Assembly: GCA_950097015.1 (NCBI GenBank)
Contig: CATNEN010000038.1
Location: forward strand, 14,570,001 to 14,634,000
Direction of reading: 5' to 3'
DNA: 64,000 nucleotides
Source of the DNA: Macrostomum hystrix
Taxonomy: Eukaryota > Animalia > Platyhelminthes
Positions 1 through 12,987 of the stretch are shown here, piece after piece. The first letter of the stretch is position 1. Every line of letters begins with the position of its first letter. The translations under genes and the position numbers were made by a program. The notes beneath the pieces are model-generated. The model saw nothing but the letters and a program-made list of their open reading frames with translations, had not been told where the DNA came from and did not search any database.

Positions 1-766
1 GAATTATACAATGATCTGGGGATCAGGGAGCCAGACAACCCGAAAAGAATTGTTGACTATTTTGTGACACACTAAAAGTGGGGAACGAACCTCGCGCTGG
101 CAGACCGAGACCGGTTTCTGGCTTGTTTGCCTTCGTCAGTCAGCCATAGCCACACGCAGTCCTCTCCCACCACTCTTAGTGGGCACAGAAGTCTCTTTTA
201 AGCTTGCCATTTTTATGGCGATATTTTTTAGTGTTATGTGAGAGTTTTGCAGCCAAGTCTCTGCTTTTCTACTGTTGTCAGTAGTCTGAATTGTATCTCT
301 CACATATTTTAACGATGCCGATATTTGTGATTCTGCAGAAGTTTTTTCATCGGATAGATCAGAAATTTTAGCCGCGTTCTGGATATTCAGGGCAATTGAT
401 TGAATCTTTTGTGAGAAACAGAAAAGAAAAAAATGCGAGCAATTGAAGTACCTCGTTGTCTTTCTACTGTTAACGTGTCTAAACTAACTTGTCTAAACTG
501 ATAATGCTTTATCAGAGTATCAGGTAATTGTGTCCGTGAGATTGAGCCCGTCATAGGGCAGTTTTCTTTCCTAGGTAGATAAGAGCATGGCAACATGCGG
601 TTGTGTCTTTACTAATCGGCTCCGAACCCTGTACATTCGATTATAAAACTTTTGTTTTTAAATGTCGCTATACATGCAATTTACCGGCGCTTTTCCATTC
701 GAATTCAAGACCTGAAGCACGGGAACAGGTGCTATCCTCCACTGGGACTAAATTATCGATCGAACA

Positions 767-3700
767 ATGCACAGCAGGTCGGCAGCTCATCAAGTTGAGT
801 GTTTCTTTCACTGCTGGCCTCTTCTACTAGTCGCTGCTGCTGCGGCTCTGTGCGACGTGGCGGCTGCGCAGGCCAGCAGGTGTGGCAGTGCTAATGTTAG
901 CCAGGTGGACAGAATTAAGAGTGCGACAGTGGATCGATGGGGTCTGAGTTTTCTAGTTGCTGCCTGGGCGCCTCCGATTTACGAGTCGAACAGACGTTAC
1001 AACTATATTCTGAGGTGCGTCACCTGTCCCAATCAGGTAGTTAATGTGACAGGTGTAGTTGAATACACATTCAGCGGTCTTCAACCGGCAACTGGGCACA
1101 CCATCTCGATTCAGGCCGGGTATCAGAACTGCAGCTTGAGTCTTCCATTAAGTCTTCTTGGCAGGACGGGTGAGTGGGCTCGTACAAGCCATGTGCTCTG
1201 ACCGCTTCTCGCAACAAGATCCCTGAGTTCGATTCCCCGGCCAGGCCACATTCATTTGGGGCGCAGCCGCGTAGCGAAGGCTTGGGCGGCTTGTCGTCCA
1301 ATTTCAAGGGACAGTGAAATTTTACACTGTCTGACGATGAGAAAGTCAGGGCTGGTATACGCCTGTGTGAGCGTTTGCTTGCGTATAGTATCATAGTATC
1401 TGTGTGCGTGTGTGCTCAGGAGTCAGCGGAATGGGCAGAATGGCCTCCTCGCTGGCTGCAGGTCTAGTGTCACCAAATGATGTGCCATTGTCCACAGCCA
1501 CAGCCCTCCTGCAATTATTATTATTATTACTACTCATATTATGAGCTGGGCCAGCTCCTCCGAAGGTAAAACTGAATTCGTCTAAAAAATTTAAATAAAT
1601 CAATATTGCTATCAAGTTTTCAGAGACCCTGTTAGTTGAGATGTTGCAGACTGCCCACCCATGTAGATCCTGAACGAGATCTAGTCACGTGCGAACAAGC
1701 TACAAATATTCATTTCGCATAACCGCCTTTTGCAGCTCTGAGCACTATCCCCGGCACTGTGCTCATCTCGGATGTAACTCAGACGAGTCTTAGAGCCCAG
1801 TGGTCGGCCTCTCCAGATGCTGGGGTGCAGTACAGAGTGAGCTGTGGGGGCATTGTTAGCACCGACAGCACCGTGTGCCGTAATCTGCAGTCCGGATCCA
1901 GAATTGTGGTAACGGTGCAAGGAATCAAGACCGGATTTCCTGACGGAAATGCAACATTTGGCGCTGCTTTCACCAGTGAGTAACCTACTTTAAATTCTGT
2001 TCTAGTCAAGATGCCAATATTTGTGTCTATAATTTCTCTACCGCAATGTTTTCAGAGCTGTACGCCATTAGCGCCAGTTCTGCCACATACTCTGTGACTG
2101 AGAATGCAATCTCGGTCAACTGGACTGCATCTGCCACTGTGGGTGTCAGGTACCAGCTGAGCTGCAGCCAATCCGGGTCCAGTGACGTCATCAAAGTTAA
2201 TGCACCAGGTGCTTCAGCCACCTGCGACTCTCTGCAGTCGGGCCAGGCCTATGAGCTGAGTGTGACAGTGCTGAAGGACGGCGGCTTCGATGACGTCAGC
2301 ACTAACCTCACGAGACAGCTCACTAGTGAGTTTATTCACCCACATTCAGTAAAAAATATCGAGCACTTTAAGGTGAATTTTGTCGCGCATTACATTGCCT
2401 GACGCAATAGTATTATGTTCTTGAGTTGAGTTCTGATAAGAGAGGCACCGCTCCCAACACTTCTCGAGCCACATTTTAGCTCAGGATGTTTCCTGTGTGA
2501 ATCCTGTGTACAGTTGAGTAGGACTCAACTAACAATCATTGCTGCTGAGAGTCACCGCCGATTCCAGAACTGATCGCCATTGACGCCAGCTCAGCTCGTT
2601 ACCAAGTGACCGAAACTGCCGTCTCAGTGCAGTGGACAGCCTCTCTAACCCTAGGCATTTCGTACCTGCTGAAATGCGTTCACTTGAGCTCTGGCCAAAT
2701 CAACATCGCGCGCTCAACTGAACCCGCTGTCACGTGCGTCTCTCTGCAGTCTGGAGAGACTTTCAATGTCTCAGTGACTGTACAGAAGCCGGGATTTCAG
2801 GATGCCATGACGCAGCTGCGGCAGCAGAGAACCAGTTAGTGCCTCAGAAACTTTTGCTTTTTTTATTCAATTTAAACCACATAGAGCGATCTTTTCAGAG
2901 CTCTTCGCGATTAACGCCAACTTAGCTGTACTCAGCATGAATGAAGACTGTCATTTCAGCGAAATGGACAGCCTCACAAACTGGAGGTGTCATTTATTTG
3001 CTGAATTGCTTTCAGCTGAGCTCAAACTACGTCTCGACGCATGTACTGTCACAGCCGTCTGGCATCTGTGTCTCTCTTCAGTCTGGAGAGACTTTCCGGG
3101 TGACAGTGGCTGTGCGGAAGCAGGGCTTTGATGACGTTGTCACGGAACTGCAAACACAAAGGACCAATTAGTGTTGCTTTTTACTTGCATAGCTATAATT
3201 TTCTTATTGTCGAGACCTTGCTCGAATAGTTATTAGACACTTTTTCTTTTTTTATACAGTTTATTGAAATCCGACCAAACAAAGTTTCGAAAGGTAGCTA
3301 ATTGCTCCCGTTATCCCAACTACCCAAAATAATTTTAGAACTCTTTGCTATTGCCGCAAGCTCAGCTGTGATTACAGCGACCAAAACCTCCATCACCGCA
3401 AAGTGGACAGCCTCTAAAACAGCTGGTGTCACGTACCTGTTAATATGCGCTCAGCAGGGCTCAGGCCTCCTGGCCAACACGACCTCCACAAATCCCTTCG
3501 CCACGTGCGACAATCTTCAATCAGGAAAAAAGTTCAGCCTCTGGGTGTCTGTGCAGAAGCCAGGTGGCTATCCGGATGCTGTTACACGGCTGACAGACCA
3601 TCAGACCCTGGAGGACGCTCCGACGCCGCCACAGTCGGTGAGGCTCAGCGTCGAGTCATTGCCCGAGAGGCTGCTGTGCGACTGGCAGCCGCCCTCGGAG

Positions 3701-5810
3701 CTGAACGGCGTCATTCGGAACTATTCGGCCGTCTGGGGCCTGCTGGACTTCGCGAGCGGCGCTGAACTTCTCAGAGACACCAAAGTAGCACCTGGACACC
3801 AGACAAGCCTGCAGCTGCTGCAGTCACCGCTGCCTGGCCACGAGTACTTCTGCCGCGTCTGCGCCTGCACGGGAGGCGGCTGCGGCGACTGCAGCGACAG
3901 AGCTGCACGGCGACTTCCTGACGGAGCATCGAGGGCGGTGTCCGATCTGCTCACGCTGCCAGTGCCGGGACGTGGCGTCATATTCAACTGGCGACCGCTG
4001 AGTCCTGTAGATGGTCGTGGCGTCGTGTTCGAGTACGTGTTGCGGATAGACGGTGTCGGCGGCTGCGCGACTGCTCGGATGCTGAACTGCTCCGACTGCG
4101 GGCGGCATCGACAACAGCTTCCATCTGAGGCCCTGCAGCGACTCGAGCAGCTGACGAGCGACTGCGGACAGCCCGTCCCACTGCAGGCCTTCTCCATTGG
4201 CGACAGCCGCTTGACTCTGGAGGTCCCCGTCAGCTCCAGGATCGGCGGCTCGAGCTCGTTGCTACCTTGGACCGAGTACAACGCCACCCTGTGGCCCGTG
4301 AACCTTGCGGGACTCGGCGCCGCCCTCACCGTCTCCTTCCGCAGTCCGGAGGCTCCCAGTGGACCCGTCCGCAGCCTCCGAGCGACGGCGCAGCAGACGG
4401 AGGCGCTGGTGGAGTTCCAGGAGCCCGAGCTGCTCAACGGGCTGCTGATGGCCATCGCAGTGCAGGTGAGGCTTGACATCCAGCTGACATTCGCTCAGTG
4501 TTGTCACCAATCTTGACTGACATTCCGCGTCAAATCAGTGTGTTCACCGAATTTTTTATTACTCAGAAAATCAAGATTTTTTATCTTGACCTGTCTCCTC
4601 GCCTCCTCTCCCAGGTTTGGGTCTCGCCGTCCGAGTGCTCGCAGCTGCAGGTGCTGAACTCGACCGCAGCCAGCTGCCAGCTGCCAGGCTGCAGCACCGA
4701 GGACATTGTGAGCAGACTCGCTGAAGAGTGCAGCTCTGTCCGAACTGGCGAGTTGCAGATTGAGAAGGCCAGCAGCAATGAGTCCGCTCCTCTGCTGTCC
4801 GTGACGCTGCAGCAGCTGCAGGCAGGCACAGAGTACACTGTGCGAGTGACACCTGTCAGCCAGACTGTGTCAGGTGCTCGGAGCGAGCTCAGATTCACCA
4901 CATCCGGTGGCGGCGCTGGCAATGTGACGCTTGTTGTGGCAATTGTGGTGTCGGTAATGGTTGTCATGGCAATGGTTGCTGGCATGCTGCTGTTTGTTTG
5001 GAAGCGTCGACGCGAGAGGTATGACTTGTCTTATAATGAAACAATTGTTAGTTGCTCTAATAACATTTGAATTCGTGGATTTGAGACCCATTTTTAGGCT
5101 GTAGAAACCTATATATTAAAACAATACGACTGTATTTTGTCGTTATGATAGATGTGATCGTCGATGACACAAGTATAGTTCGGTTTGTTATATCATTCAT
5201 AATCAGTGTGATAGATGAGATTCGTAGCTTTGAAGATGAGACACCAGTATTTGCTCAGAAGTAATTATAATAATAGTTATTGCAGAAGGCCTGCGGGTAA
5301 AGGCACATCATTTAGTGAAACTAGACCTGCAGCCAGCGAGAAGGCAATTCTGCCCATTTCGCTGACTCCTGAGCACACACGCACACAGATAGTGTACGCA
5401 GACATACTCACACAGGTGTGTACATCTGTCCCGACTTTTTCAATTGTCAGGCAGAGTACATTCTCACCAGTGCCTTGGAGGTTGGTCCTGATGGGTGTAA
5501 ATTGCACGACAAGCCCCCAAGCCTTTGCTCTGTGGCTGCGCTCCAAATGAATACATTTGAGAATTAGTATTTGTGAATATTATTTTGAGCTTCACATACT
5601 CTGTTACGACTCCCCACCCAATCACTCAGTGCCAAAAAGCAAGCGCCAGCTGCCACGTTCAACGCCAACGCCAGAGTTGAAACTCGCACCAACCGCAGAG
5701 AGAGCGCGCACGAGTACGACACTCTGGGACAGCCAGCCGCGGATTATGTGGAGGTTGTGACAATCAATAACAATCAATTCGAGCCGGGCCATTTCACTGC
5801 CCAGAAGTGA
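767..5810 (+). CDS. Multi-exon type-I membrane protein: signal peptide, about 8 FN3-like domains, TM helix and short Tyr-motif tail. Exons 767-1169, 1736-1975, 2056-2325, 2568-2834, 3339-4465, 4615-5018, 5630-5810
   Basis: Hydrophobic N-terminus (WPLLLVAAAAALCDVAAAQ). Repeated FN3 signatures (W..S...Y...C...LQSG..Y/F.V.V; WQPPSELNGVIRNY; LLPWTEYNATL; LQAGTEYTVRV). TM segment VTLVVAIVVSVMVVMAMVAGMLLFVW followed by KRRR. GT-AG junctions with matching phases checked by hand. Confidence 0.8.
1205..1535 (+). mobile_element. tRNA-derived SINE family A copy (intron 1 of FN3 gene)
   Basis: B-box gttcgattcc, family body (tttggggcgcagccg...ctgacgatgagaaagtcaggg...ggtctagtgtcaccaaatgatgtgccattg) and (tta)n tail. 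Confidence 0.85.
2899..3171 (+). pseudogene. Decayed duplicate FN3 exon (pseudo-exon) inside the FN3 receptor gene
   Basis: Homologous to the flanking exons (ELFAINANLAVLS.. vs ELFAIAASSAVIT..). It has a +1 frameshift at about 2937-2941 (atgaatgaag), and its donor reads acca|ATTAGT where the sibling exon has acca|GTTAGT. Confidence 0.7.
5262..5552 (-). mobile_element. SINE family A copy, reverse orientation, 5'-truncated
   Basis: Reverse complement of the family body (ctagacctgcagccagcgag...gtgccttggaggttgg...gctgcgctccaaatgaat). Confidence 0.85.
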
Positions 5811-6386
5811 GAAGTGCTCAGACTCTCTGATTCGCCTGTGCTCAACGATTTCAGTTCTGTAAAGATGCTAGCGAAATTTTCGATTAACAAACAACATTGT
5901 ACGGCTCGTAGGCACATCAGATTGCTGTTATTGGTTTTGTAACCTAATTTTAAGCAAGAACTCTGGCTGTTATATTTTTGGATAACAAGGTTAACTCGTG
6001 CATGTATTTTCTGTAGAAATGTGTAAACTTCGCAGTTTTCCTATTGTTTTTAATCGCTATAAGAAAGCCTTTATTGGCAGTTTTCTGATTGCATGGTATC
6101 TTTGGGTCTTAAACAATGAAATATAATCCTAGAAAGCTTTTTTATACAGTACTGGGGCCTCAAATTAAAATTGAGGTTTGGCGACCTTGTGTCATATTCA
6201 TTGCAGTCCCTATGTTTTAAAATAAATAAAGCTACTTGAAGTAGTAAAGAAGTTAAAGAGTTCGTCACAAAGTTTAGTCCTGTTAAATCAAAGATGAATT
6301 TAGAAACTACAGTGGTTTCTCATAGTTACTGAATTATGATTGACTAAAGGCCAGTTAGGAGTGTCACTTCTAATTTTGAACCCCCA

Positions 6387-6727
6387 CGGGGTGAGTGGCA
6401 TAGCGGTGAAAGCGGTTGCCTCTCGCACCAAGGTCCCTGAGCTCGATTCCGCGGCGAGGCCACATTCATTTGGGGCGCAGCCGCAGAGAGAAGGCTTGGG
6501 GGCTTGTTGTACAATTTACGCCCTTGAGGGCCAACCTCCAAGGCACAGTGAAATGTACACTGCCTGACGATGAGAAAGTCAGGGCAGATGTACACACCTG
6601 TGAGAGTGTGTCTGCGTGTGTGGGTGCTCAGCAAGAATTGCCTCCTCGCTGGCTGCGGGTCTAGTGTCACCAAATGATGTGCCATTGTTCACAGCCCTCC
6701 TGCAGTTATAAATACTACATTATTATT
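6387..6727 (+). mobile_element. SINE family A, near full length
   Basis: A-box-like tggcatagcggtgaa, B-box gctcgattcc, family body and AT-rich tail. Confidence 0.88.
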
Positions 6728-7865
6728 AAAATACATTGTCTTTCCACTTGCTTTCAGAAGCGGTGGGTAAGGTAATTCGCTGTTTCCACTTGGTTTCGGA
6801 GGCAGTACTCTACTTAATCTCCGCTACTCACAATAACCAATTGTTCATTCAGTCAATTGAGCTACTCTGAATGTCCATGACGTTAGGCTGCTAACAGGCT
6901 TTTGATCGTCAGCTGTTTACCAGTCACACGAGCCAGTTTCCATGTAAAGAAATGGCTGAATTATAGGCACATTGATTTCATCCCGGATCAATACTATTAC
7001 AGAAACATAGCCGCATTATTAGCTGATAGAGCTGGTGAATGCGGCCTGAGTTGACATTGCAGAAAATGTTGTTATTCGATTCTGTCACACACAGTCTGAA
7101 TAGATAAAAAACAGAAAACATGGACACAGCAGCAGCAGCAGCAACTCTTCTGCCCTACCTTTCCCTGCAGTCTTCCTCTGTGCTCAGCCGTAAGCATCTT
7201 TGTGTGTTACAGTCGAAGACCCTCGCACACACAGCTGGGAGCAAAGGCACGTTTCAAATATCCCTCTGAACGGGCTCGCGAGAACTGACGAGAATTGCCT
7301 CTAGCACAAAGGACAAAAGCCTCAGCAGGAAGTCCCGCCCGCCCAGCAAAGCGAAGCCCCCCTCTTAATGGATTATTAATCAGCTACCTTGGGCAGGGCC
7401 TATAAGCCCTTAGCAACACAGTGACAATCGTGGGCGAAATCCTACACGACGCTAATCGTTGAGGCTAATCGACGATTCACCGCTAAACAAGCCGTTCGTC
7501 CGATTAACGACCGAAGTCAGTTCAGTCCAACACACTCAATCGTCTCTTCAGTTTTTGTGAGTCGTTTAGTCAAGATTTCCATTGTCTTTAAGTTCCCCCC
7601 TAACTGCCATTCTCAATAATTTGACTTTGATTGAGGCTCCAAAATGAGAGGATTTAGCTCAGTCTAATCGTCGAGCCTGCAAACTGAAGGCTTTCTATTT
7701 AATTCAAAATCCTCGAGTCGAAACTATTTAGCAAATTGATCACCTGTGTCCTACTCACCCTCGCTAATTTGATGGGCTAGCAATTCCAGACTGGTTGAAA
7801 CCAGTTCACGATGGATATTATGATGTGGCCTGAGCGACCATCTATATGTGCCTGTACCTTCTACA

Positions 7866-10225
7866 TATGATCCCATCTCATTTCATCATTATGTACAACT
7901 AATACCATCTCATTCCATCATTATGTACAACTAATACCATCTCATTCCATCAATATGTACAACTGATCCCATCTCATTCCATCATTATGTACATGTGATC
8001 CCATCTCATTCCATCATTATGTACAACTGATCCCATCTCATTCCATCAATATGTACAACTGATCCCATCTCATTCCATCAATATGTACAACTGATCCCAT
8101 CTCATTCCATCAATATGTACATGTGATCCCATCTCATTCCATCAATATGTACATGTGATCCCATCTCATTCCATCAATATGTACAACTGATCCCATCTCA
8201 TTCCATCATTATGTACAACTAATCCCATCCCATTTCATCATTATGTACATGTGATCCCATCCCATTCCATTATTATGTACAAGTGATCCCATTTCATTAC
8301 ATCAATATGTACAAGTGATTCCATCTCACTCCATCATTATGTACAACTAATACCATCCCATTCCATCATTATGTACATGTGATCCCATCTCATTCCATCA
8401 TTATGTACACGTGATCCCATCTCATTCAATCATTATGTACACGTGATCCCATCTCATTCAATCATTATGTACACGTGATCCCATCTCATTCCATGATTAT
8501 GTACATGTGATCCTATCTCATTCCATCATGATGTACATGTGATCCCATCTCATTCCATCATTATGTACAACTAATACCATCTCTTTCCATCAATATGTAC
8601 ATGCAATCCCATCTCATTCCATCAATATGTACATGTGATCCCATCTCATTCAATCATTATGTATACGTGATCCCATCTCATTCCATGATTATGTACATGT
8701 GATCCCATCTCATTCCATCATGATGTACATGTGATCCCATCTTATTCCATCATTATGTACAACTAATACCATCTCTTTCCATCAATATGTACATGCAATC
8801 CCATCTCATTCCATCAATATGTACAAGTGATTCCATCTCATTCAATCAATATGTACACGTGATCCCATCTCATTCCATGATTATGTACATGTGATCCCAT
8901 CTCATTCCATCATGATGTACATGTGATCCCATCTCATTCGATCAATATGTACATGTAATCCCATCTCATTCCATCAATATGTACATGTAATCCCATCTCA
9001 TTCCATCAATATGTACATGTAATCCCATCTCATTCCATCAATATGTACATGTAATCCCATCTCATTCCATCAATATGTACAAGTGATTCCATCTCATTCA
9101 ATCAATATGTACAAGTGATTCCATCTCATTCCATCAATATGTACAAGTGATTCCATCTCATTCAATCAATATGTACACGTGATCCCATCTCATTCAATCA
9201 ATATGTACACGTGATCCCATCTCATTCTATGATTATGTACATGTGATCCCATCTCATTCCATCATGATGTACATGTGATCCCATCTCATTCCATCATTAT
9301 GTACACGTGATCCCATCTCATTCCATCATTATGTACATGTAATCCCATCTCATTCCATCATTATGTACACGTGATCCCATCTCATTCCATCAATTTGTAC
9401 AAGTGATTCCATCTCATTCCATCATTATGTACACGTGATCCCATCTCATTCCATGATTATGTACATGTGATCCCATCTTATTCCATCATTATTTAGATGT
9501 GATCCCATCTCATTCCATCATTATTTAGAAGTAATCCCATCTCATTCCATCATTATTTAGATGTAATCCCATCTCATTCCATCATTATTTAGAAGTAATC
9601 CCATCTCATTCCATCATTATTTAGAAGTAACCCCATCTCATTCCATCATTATTTAGAAGTGATCCCATCTCATTCCATCATTATTTAGAAGTGATCCCAT
9701 CTCATTCCATCATTATTTAGAAGTGATCCCATCTCATTCCATTATTATTTAGAAGTGATCCCATCTCATTCCATCAATATTTAGAAGTGATCCCATCTCA
9801 TTCCATCATTATTTAGAAGTGATCCCATCTCATTCCATTATTATTTAGAAGTAATCCCATCTCATTCCATCATTATTTAGAAGTGATCCCATCTCATTCC
9901 ATCATTATTTAGAAGTGATCCCATCTCATTCCATCATTATTTAGAAGTGATCCCATCTCATTCCATTATTATTTAGAAGTGATCCCATCTCATTCCATCA
10001 ATATTTAGAAGTGATCCCATCTCATTCCATCATTATTTAGAAGTGATCCCATCTCATTCCATTATTATTTAGAAGTAATCCCATCTCATTCCATCATTAT
10101 TTAGAAGTGATCCCATCTCATTCCATCATTATTTAGAAGTAATCCCATCTCATTCCATCATTATTTAGAAGTGATCCCATCTCATTCCATCATTATTTAG
10201 ATGTAATCCCATCACATTTCATTAT
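7866..10225. repeat. About 32-bp satellite (gatcccatctcattccatcattatgtacatgt), roughly 70 copies, two sub-variants
   Basis: Direct tandem repetition. Units end in tgtaca(t/c/a)gt before about 9490 and in tttagaagt after it. Confidence 0.95.
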
Positions 10226-10771
10226 CATCTAGCATTGATTGCATAAAATTTTATTCTAATTTACCTTGGATTCCATTTTAAATTTTGGCATGCCATTCGA
10301 ACCCAAAAATGTTCCATATGACGAAATCTCAGAGTTTTAGTTCCTTCAAAGCATTTGGATTTTGATAACTCATAAACATAATTTCAATTCACAACACAAT
10401 TGTTTACGAAAACCGTTAATCCTATCAGATAATGTCAAACTTAGCTAGAGTCCATCTTCTCGGTAAAAAGCCACAATTTTAAGAGGTTCAGGTGAGTGTC
10501 ACATCTATCTGGTTTCTTAGAAAGTCCTTAGCTCTGAAATTGCTCGCCGACTTAATCCTCTTGTTTGTCATTCTTCCCATTCTCTCAAGTTCTCCCCATC
10601 TCTTATTTCTCATCCCCTAGGCCACCTTCTGGCCTTCTGGCCACCTTCTGGCCCCACCTCATCCCATTCCCTAGTCTCTTTTCCCACCCTGCTGTCTTCG
10701 ACCAACTAAAAATCCCCTATTAGCTTCTCAAGCGCCTTTCGGGTGTAAGGCAGAGCAGAGAGAAAGGTAGC

Positions 10772-10780
10772 CTATATAAA
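10772..10780 (+). promoter_or_regulatory. Candidate TATA box upstream of the 11006 ORF
   Basis: ctatataaa about 230 bp upstream of the ATG, at the start of a GC-rich region. Confidence 0.4.
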
Positions 10781-11005
10781 TGTGGCGGCAGCGAGGACAC
10801 AGCCTTCCTTCAGAGGCGTAAGAAACAGAACCCGCCGATTACAGACGCATCGCCTTTCTATCCATCCGTGAGCTTTGTCATCGCGCAAGAAATCGGTACA
10901 GGAAAGGAAAGGAACTAGTTGAAGATCAACGCTTCTAGGCCGCCCAGGGCTGGCAACCAGCGAACGGAAAAGAAACTTTAGAGTGCACCAAGACAAAGCC
11001 AGAGA

Positions 11006-11971
11006 ATGCTACGCTCAAATTATCGATACAGCCGCGATCACCCGCACCACAGCCATCACCACCACCATCAGCAGCAGCAGCAGCAGCAGTTTCAACATCA
11101 CCTGCCGCCCGCTCCGTCTGTCATCGGTGCCACGCCCGTCAGGTGCAGCGGAAGCTCTCCGGTGTCCACTTTCTTCGACGAGATCGAGAACCAGTGGTCC
11201 GCCGACGCTTGCCCCGGTCTGTCCGCAATCGGCCGTCGAGCTCGCGACGGCTTCCGTCGTTGCCAGACTTCCAGGGACTCGGCCGCCGAGATGAGCCGCT
11301 CCTTCGAGGCGTCCATTGTGCAACAACTTGGCGGCTGCAGTATCAGCGGTAGCGGCGGTGGCGGCGGCGGCGGTGGCGGCGGTGGCGGCGGCGGCGGCGG
11401 CGGCGGCAGCACCAAACTGGTGAAGCTTCTCGGTGAAGAAGTCAAAACGGACGAGAAAGTGCTGTTCGATCATTTCTACAATCGGGGAAGGCGCAACGCC
11501 TTTGCCAATATCTTCTGCGGCCTGTCCAGCCGCGGCCTCCGGCGTCTATTCGCCGTCTATGGCATCGACGAGGTGCAGACCAAGCCGCCACCGCCGCCGT
11601 CGCCGCCGCCGCAGTCGGTGACACCGCAGGACGCTCAGCAGCACCGTGAACGACGCCGGCACAGGCTGGATAAGTCGGCCTCCTCTCGCGGTGGCAGCAT
11701 TGATAGTCGCGACAGCTCAGGCGGCGGCGCTGGCAGCTACAGGCAGCGGGCGGGCAGCGCCAACCATCAGCTGCGTCAGCAGCGGCGCCGCCGGCCCCAG
11801 GCCAGCCAGCATCAGCAGCTGGCTTCGGCCGCCTTCACGCTCCTTGGCTGCGGCAGATCCTCGTCAGCCGATGACGACAAGGAACAGCCAGGACCAGGCG
11901 ACTTCGTATTTGACGGCGGCGTCGTCAGCGGTGTCGGCGCCGTGGTTGAAGATCTGGGCGAGGTGCCATAG
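11006..11971 (+). CDS. Intronless low-complexity protein (poly-His/Gln, poly-Gly, poly-Pro) of unknown function
   Basis: 321-aa ATG-initiated ORF with GC-rich codon usage inside AT-rich flanks, and an upstream TATA candidate. No recognised domain. Confidence 0.55.
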   Translation: MLRSNYRYSRDHPHHSHHHHHQQQQQQQFQHHLPPAPSVIGATPVRCSGSSPVSTFFDEIENQWSADACPGLSAIGRRARDGFRRCQTSRDSAAEMSRSFEASIVQQLGGCSISGSGGGGGGGGGGGGGGGGGGSTKLVKLLGEEVKTDEKVLFDHFYNRGRRNAFANIFCGLSSRGLRRLFAVYGIDEVQTKPPPPPSPPPQSVTPQDAQQHRERRRHRLDKSASSRGGSIDSRDSSGGGAGSYRQRAGSANHQLRQQRRRRPQASQHQQLASAAFTLLGCGRSSSADDDKEQPGPGDFVFDGGVVSGVGAVVEDLGEVP

Positions 11972-12987
11972 AAGTTATGAGCTTGTTTAAGAGCAATTGC
12001 TTCCACATCAGTGAGCAGTTCGTCGGGTGAACATTTCTTAAAAAATAAAAAACTGCGAAAATGTCGTGTCTACCATGAATCAATTATAGTTTACCAGAAC
12101 ATTCTAACATTTTCTTTTATTCGGCTCAGCTGAAAAGCTGCCTTTAGACTATAGTCTGATGAGTTGTAAATAGCAATTTTAATGTGTCGCTGACTCGCTG
12201 GTTGCATAAGTTCACACTGTACTTATATTTTGTGCATCAATAACATTATTACTCGTAAGTTCTTTTCAAATTCAAATTATACTCGTAATTTATTTTAATA
12301 AAATATCTTCGAAATTGATTTGACTGACAAGTTGCTATCCGATTTTTAATAATGTCAACAGCTAAGATTTTTTTCTAATGGCTGGCTTCTCATCCCAACC
12401 GCATGTGCTCACAATTTTATTTTGATTCGTGACTTTAGCTGCAAAGCTGCTCATGCTCTTCTCCTAGGTTTCGACCCCCACAGCAGATGGTCTCGCCCTT
12501 CTCAAAGCAGTCATTATAGAGTAGCAGAGAAAAAAACTATTTTGCATTGGTGAGTATATAATAGTGCTCAGGCATTGTCAAAGAAATTACTGTGAGACTT
12601 CCAACTGAACGCCTGATCAACTTATTGACGGATGCAGATCCTCAAAACGGGAAGGTTTCTCGTAAGAGTCTGAGAATAGATGAGAAGACTTGAAGCTTTT
12701 TTAAGTTTTTTGTGGTTTCTGTAGTGCATTGTGCAATAATTCAACGCTGCAAATTTTCAACCTCAATAGCTCCTGAGAACGCATCAAGACAAGGCAGACT
12801 TCTTGAAAATAATTGCCTATTTTATTAACATTATGTAATAAAATTCCGTTCAGTCCGCGTTGACAGGCGAGGCCGCTAAAACTATCAGTAGCTAAGTTTG
12901 CTCCAGCTGATGTGCTAGTACTAATTTCTGAGTTAATAAATAATTAAGCATCGTGAACAATCGTGAAGGGAACAATCGTTTCTCTAA

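Noticed and set aside
1168-1180. SINE head supplying the intron-1 splice donor (gggtgagtgg matches the start of the copy at 6387)
   Set aside because: The next ~30 bp do not match the SINE, and sibling FN3 exons have the same gtgagt donor. Likely coincidence.
7866-10225. CRISPR array (also considered for the arrays at 36.0 and 52 kb)
   Set aside because: Head-to-tail repeats without unique spacers, no cas genes, and a eukaryotic context.
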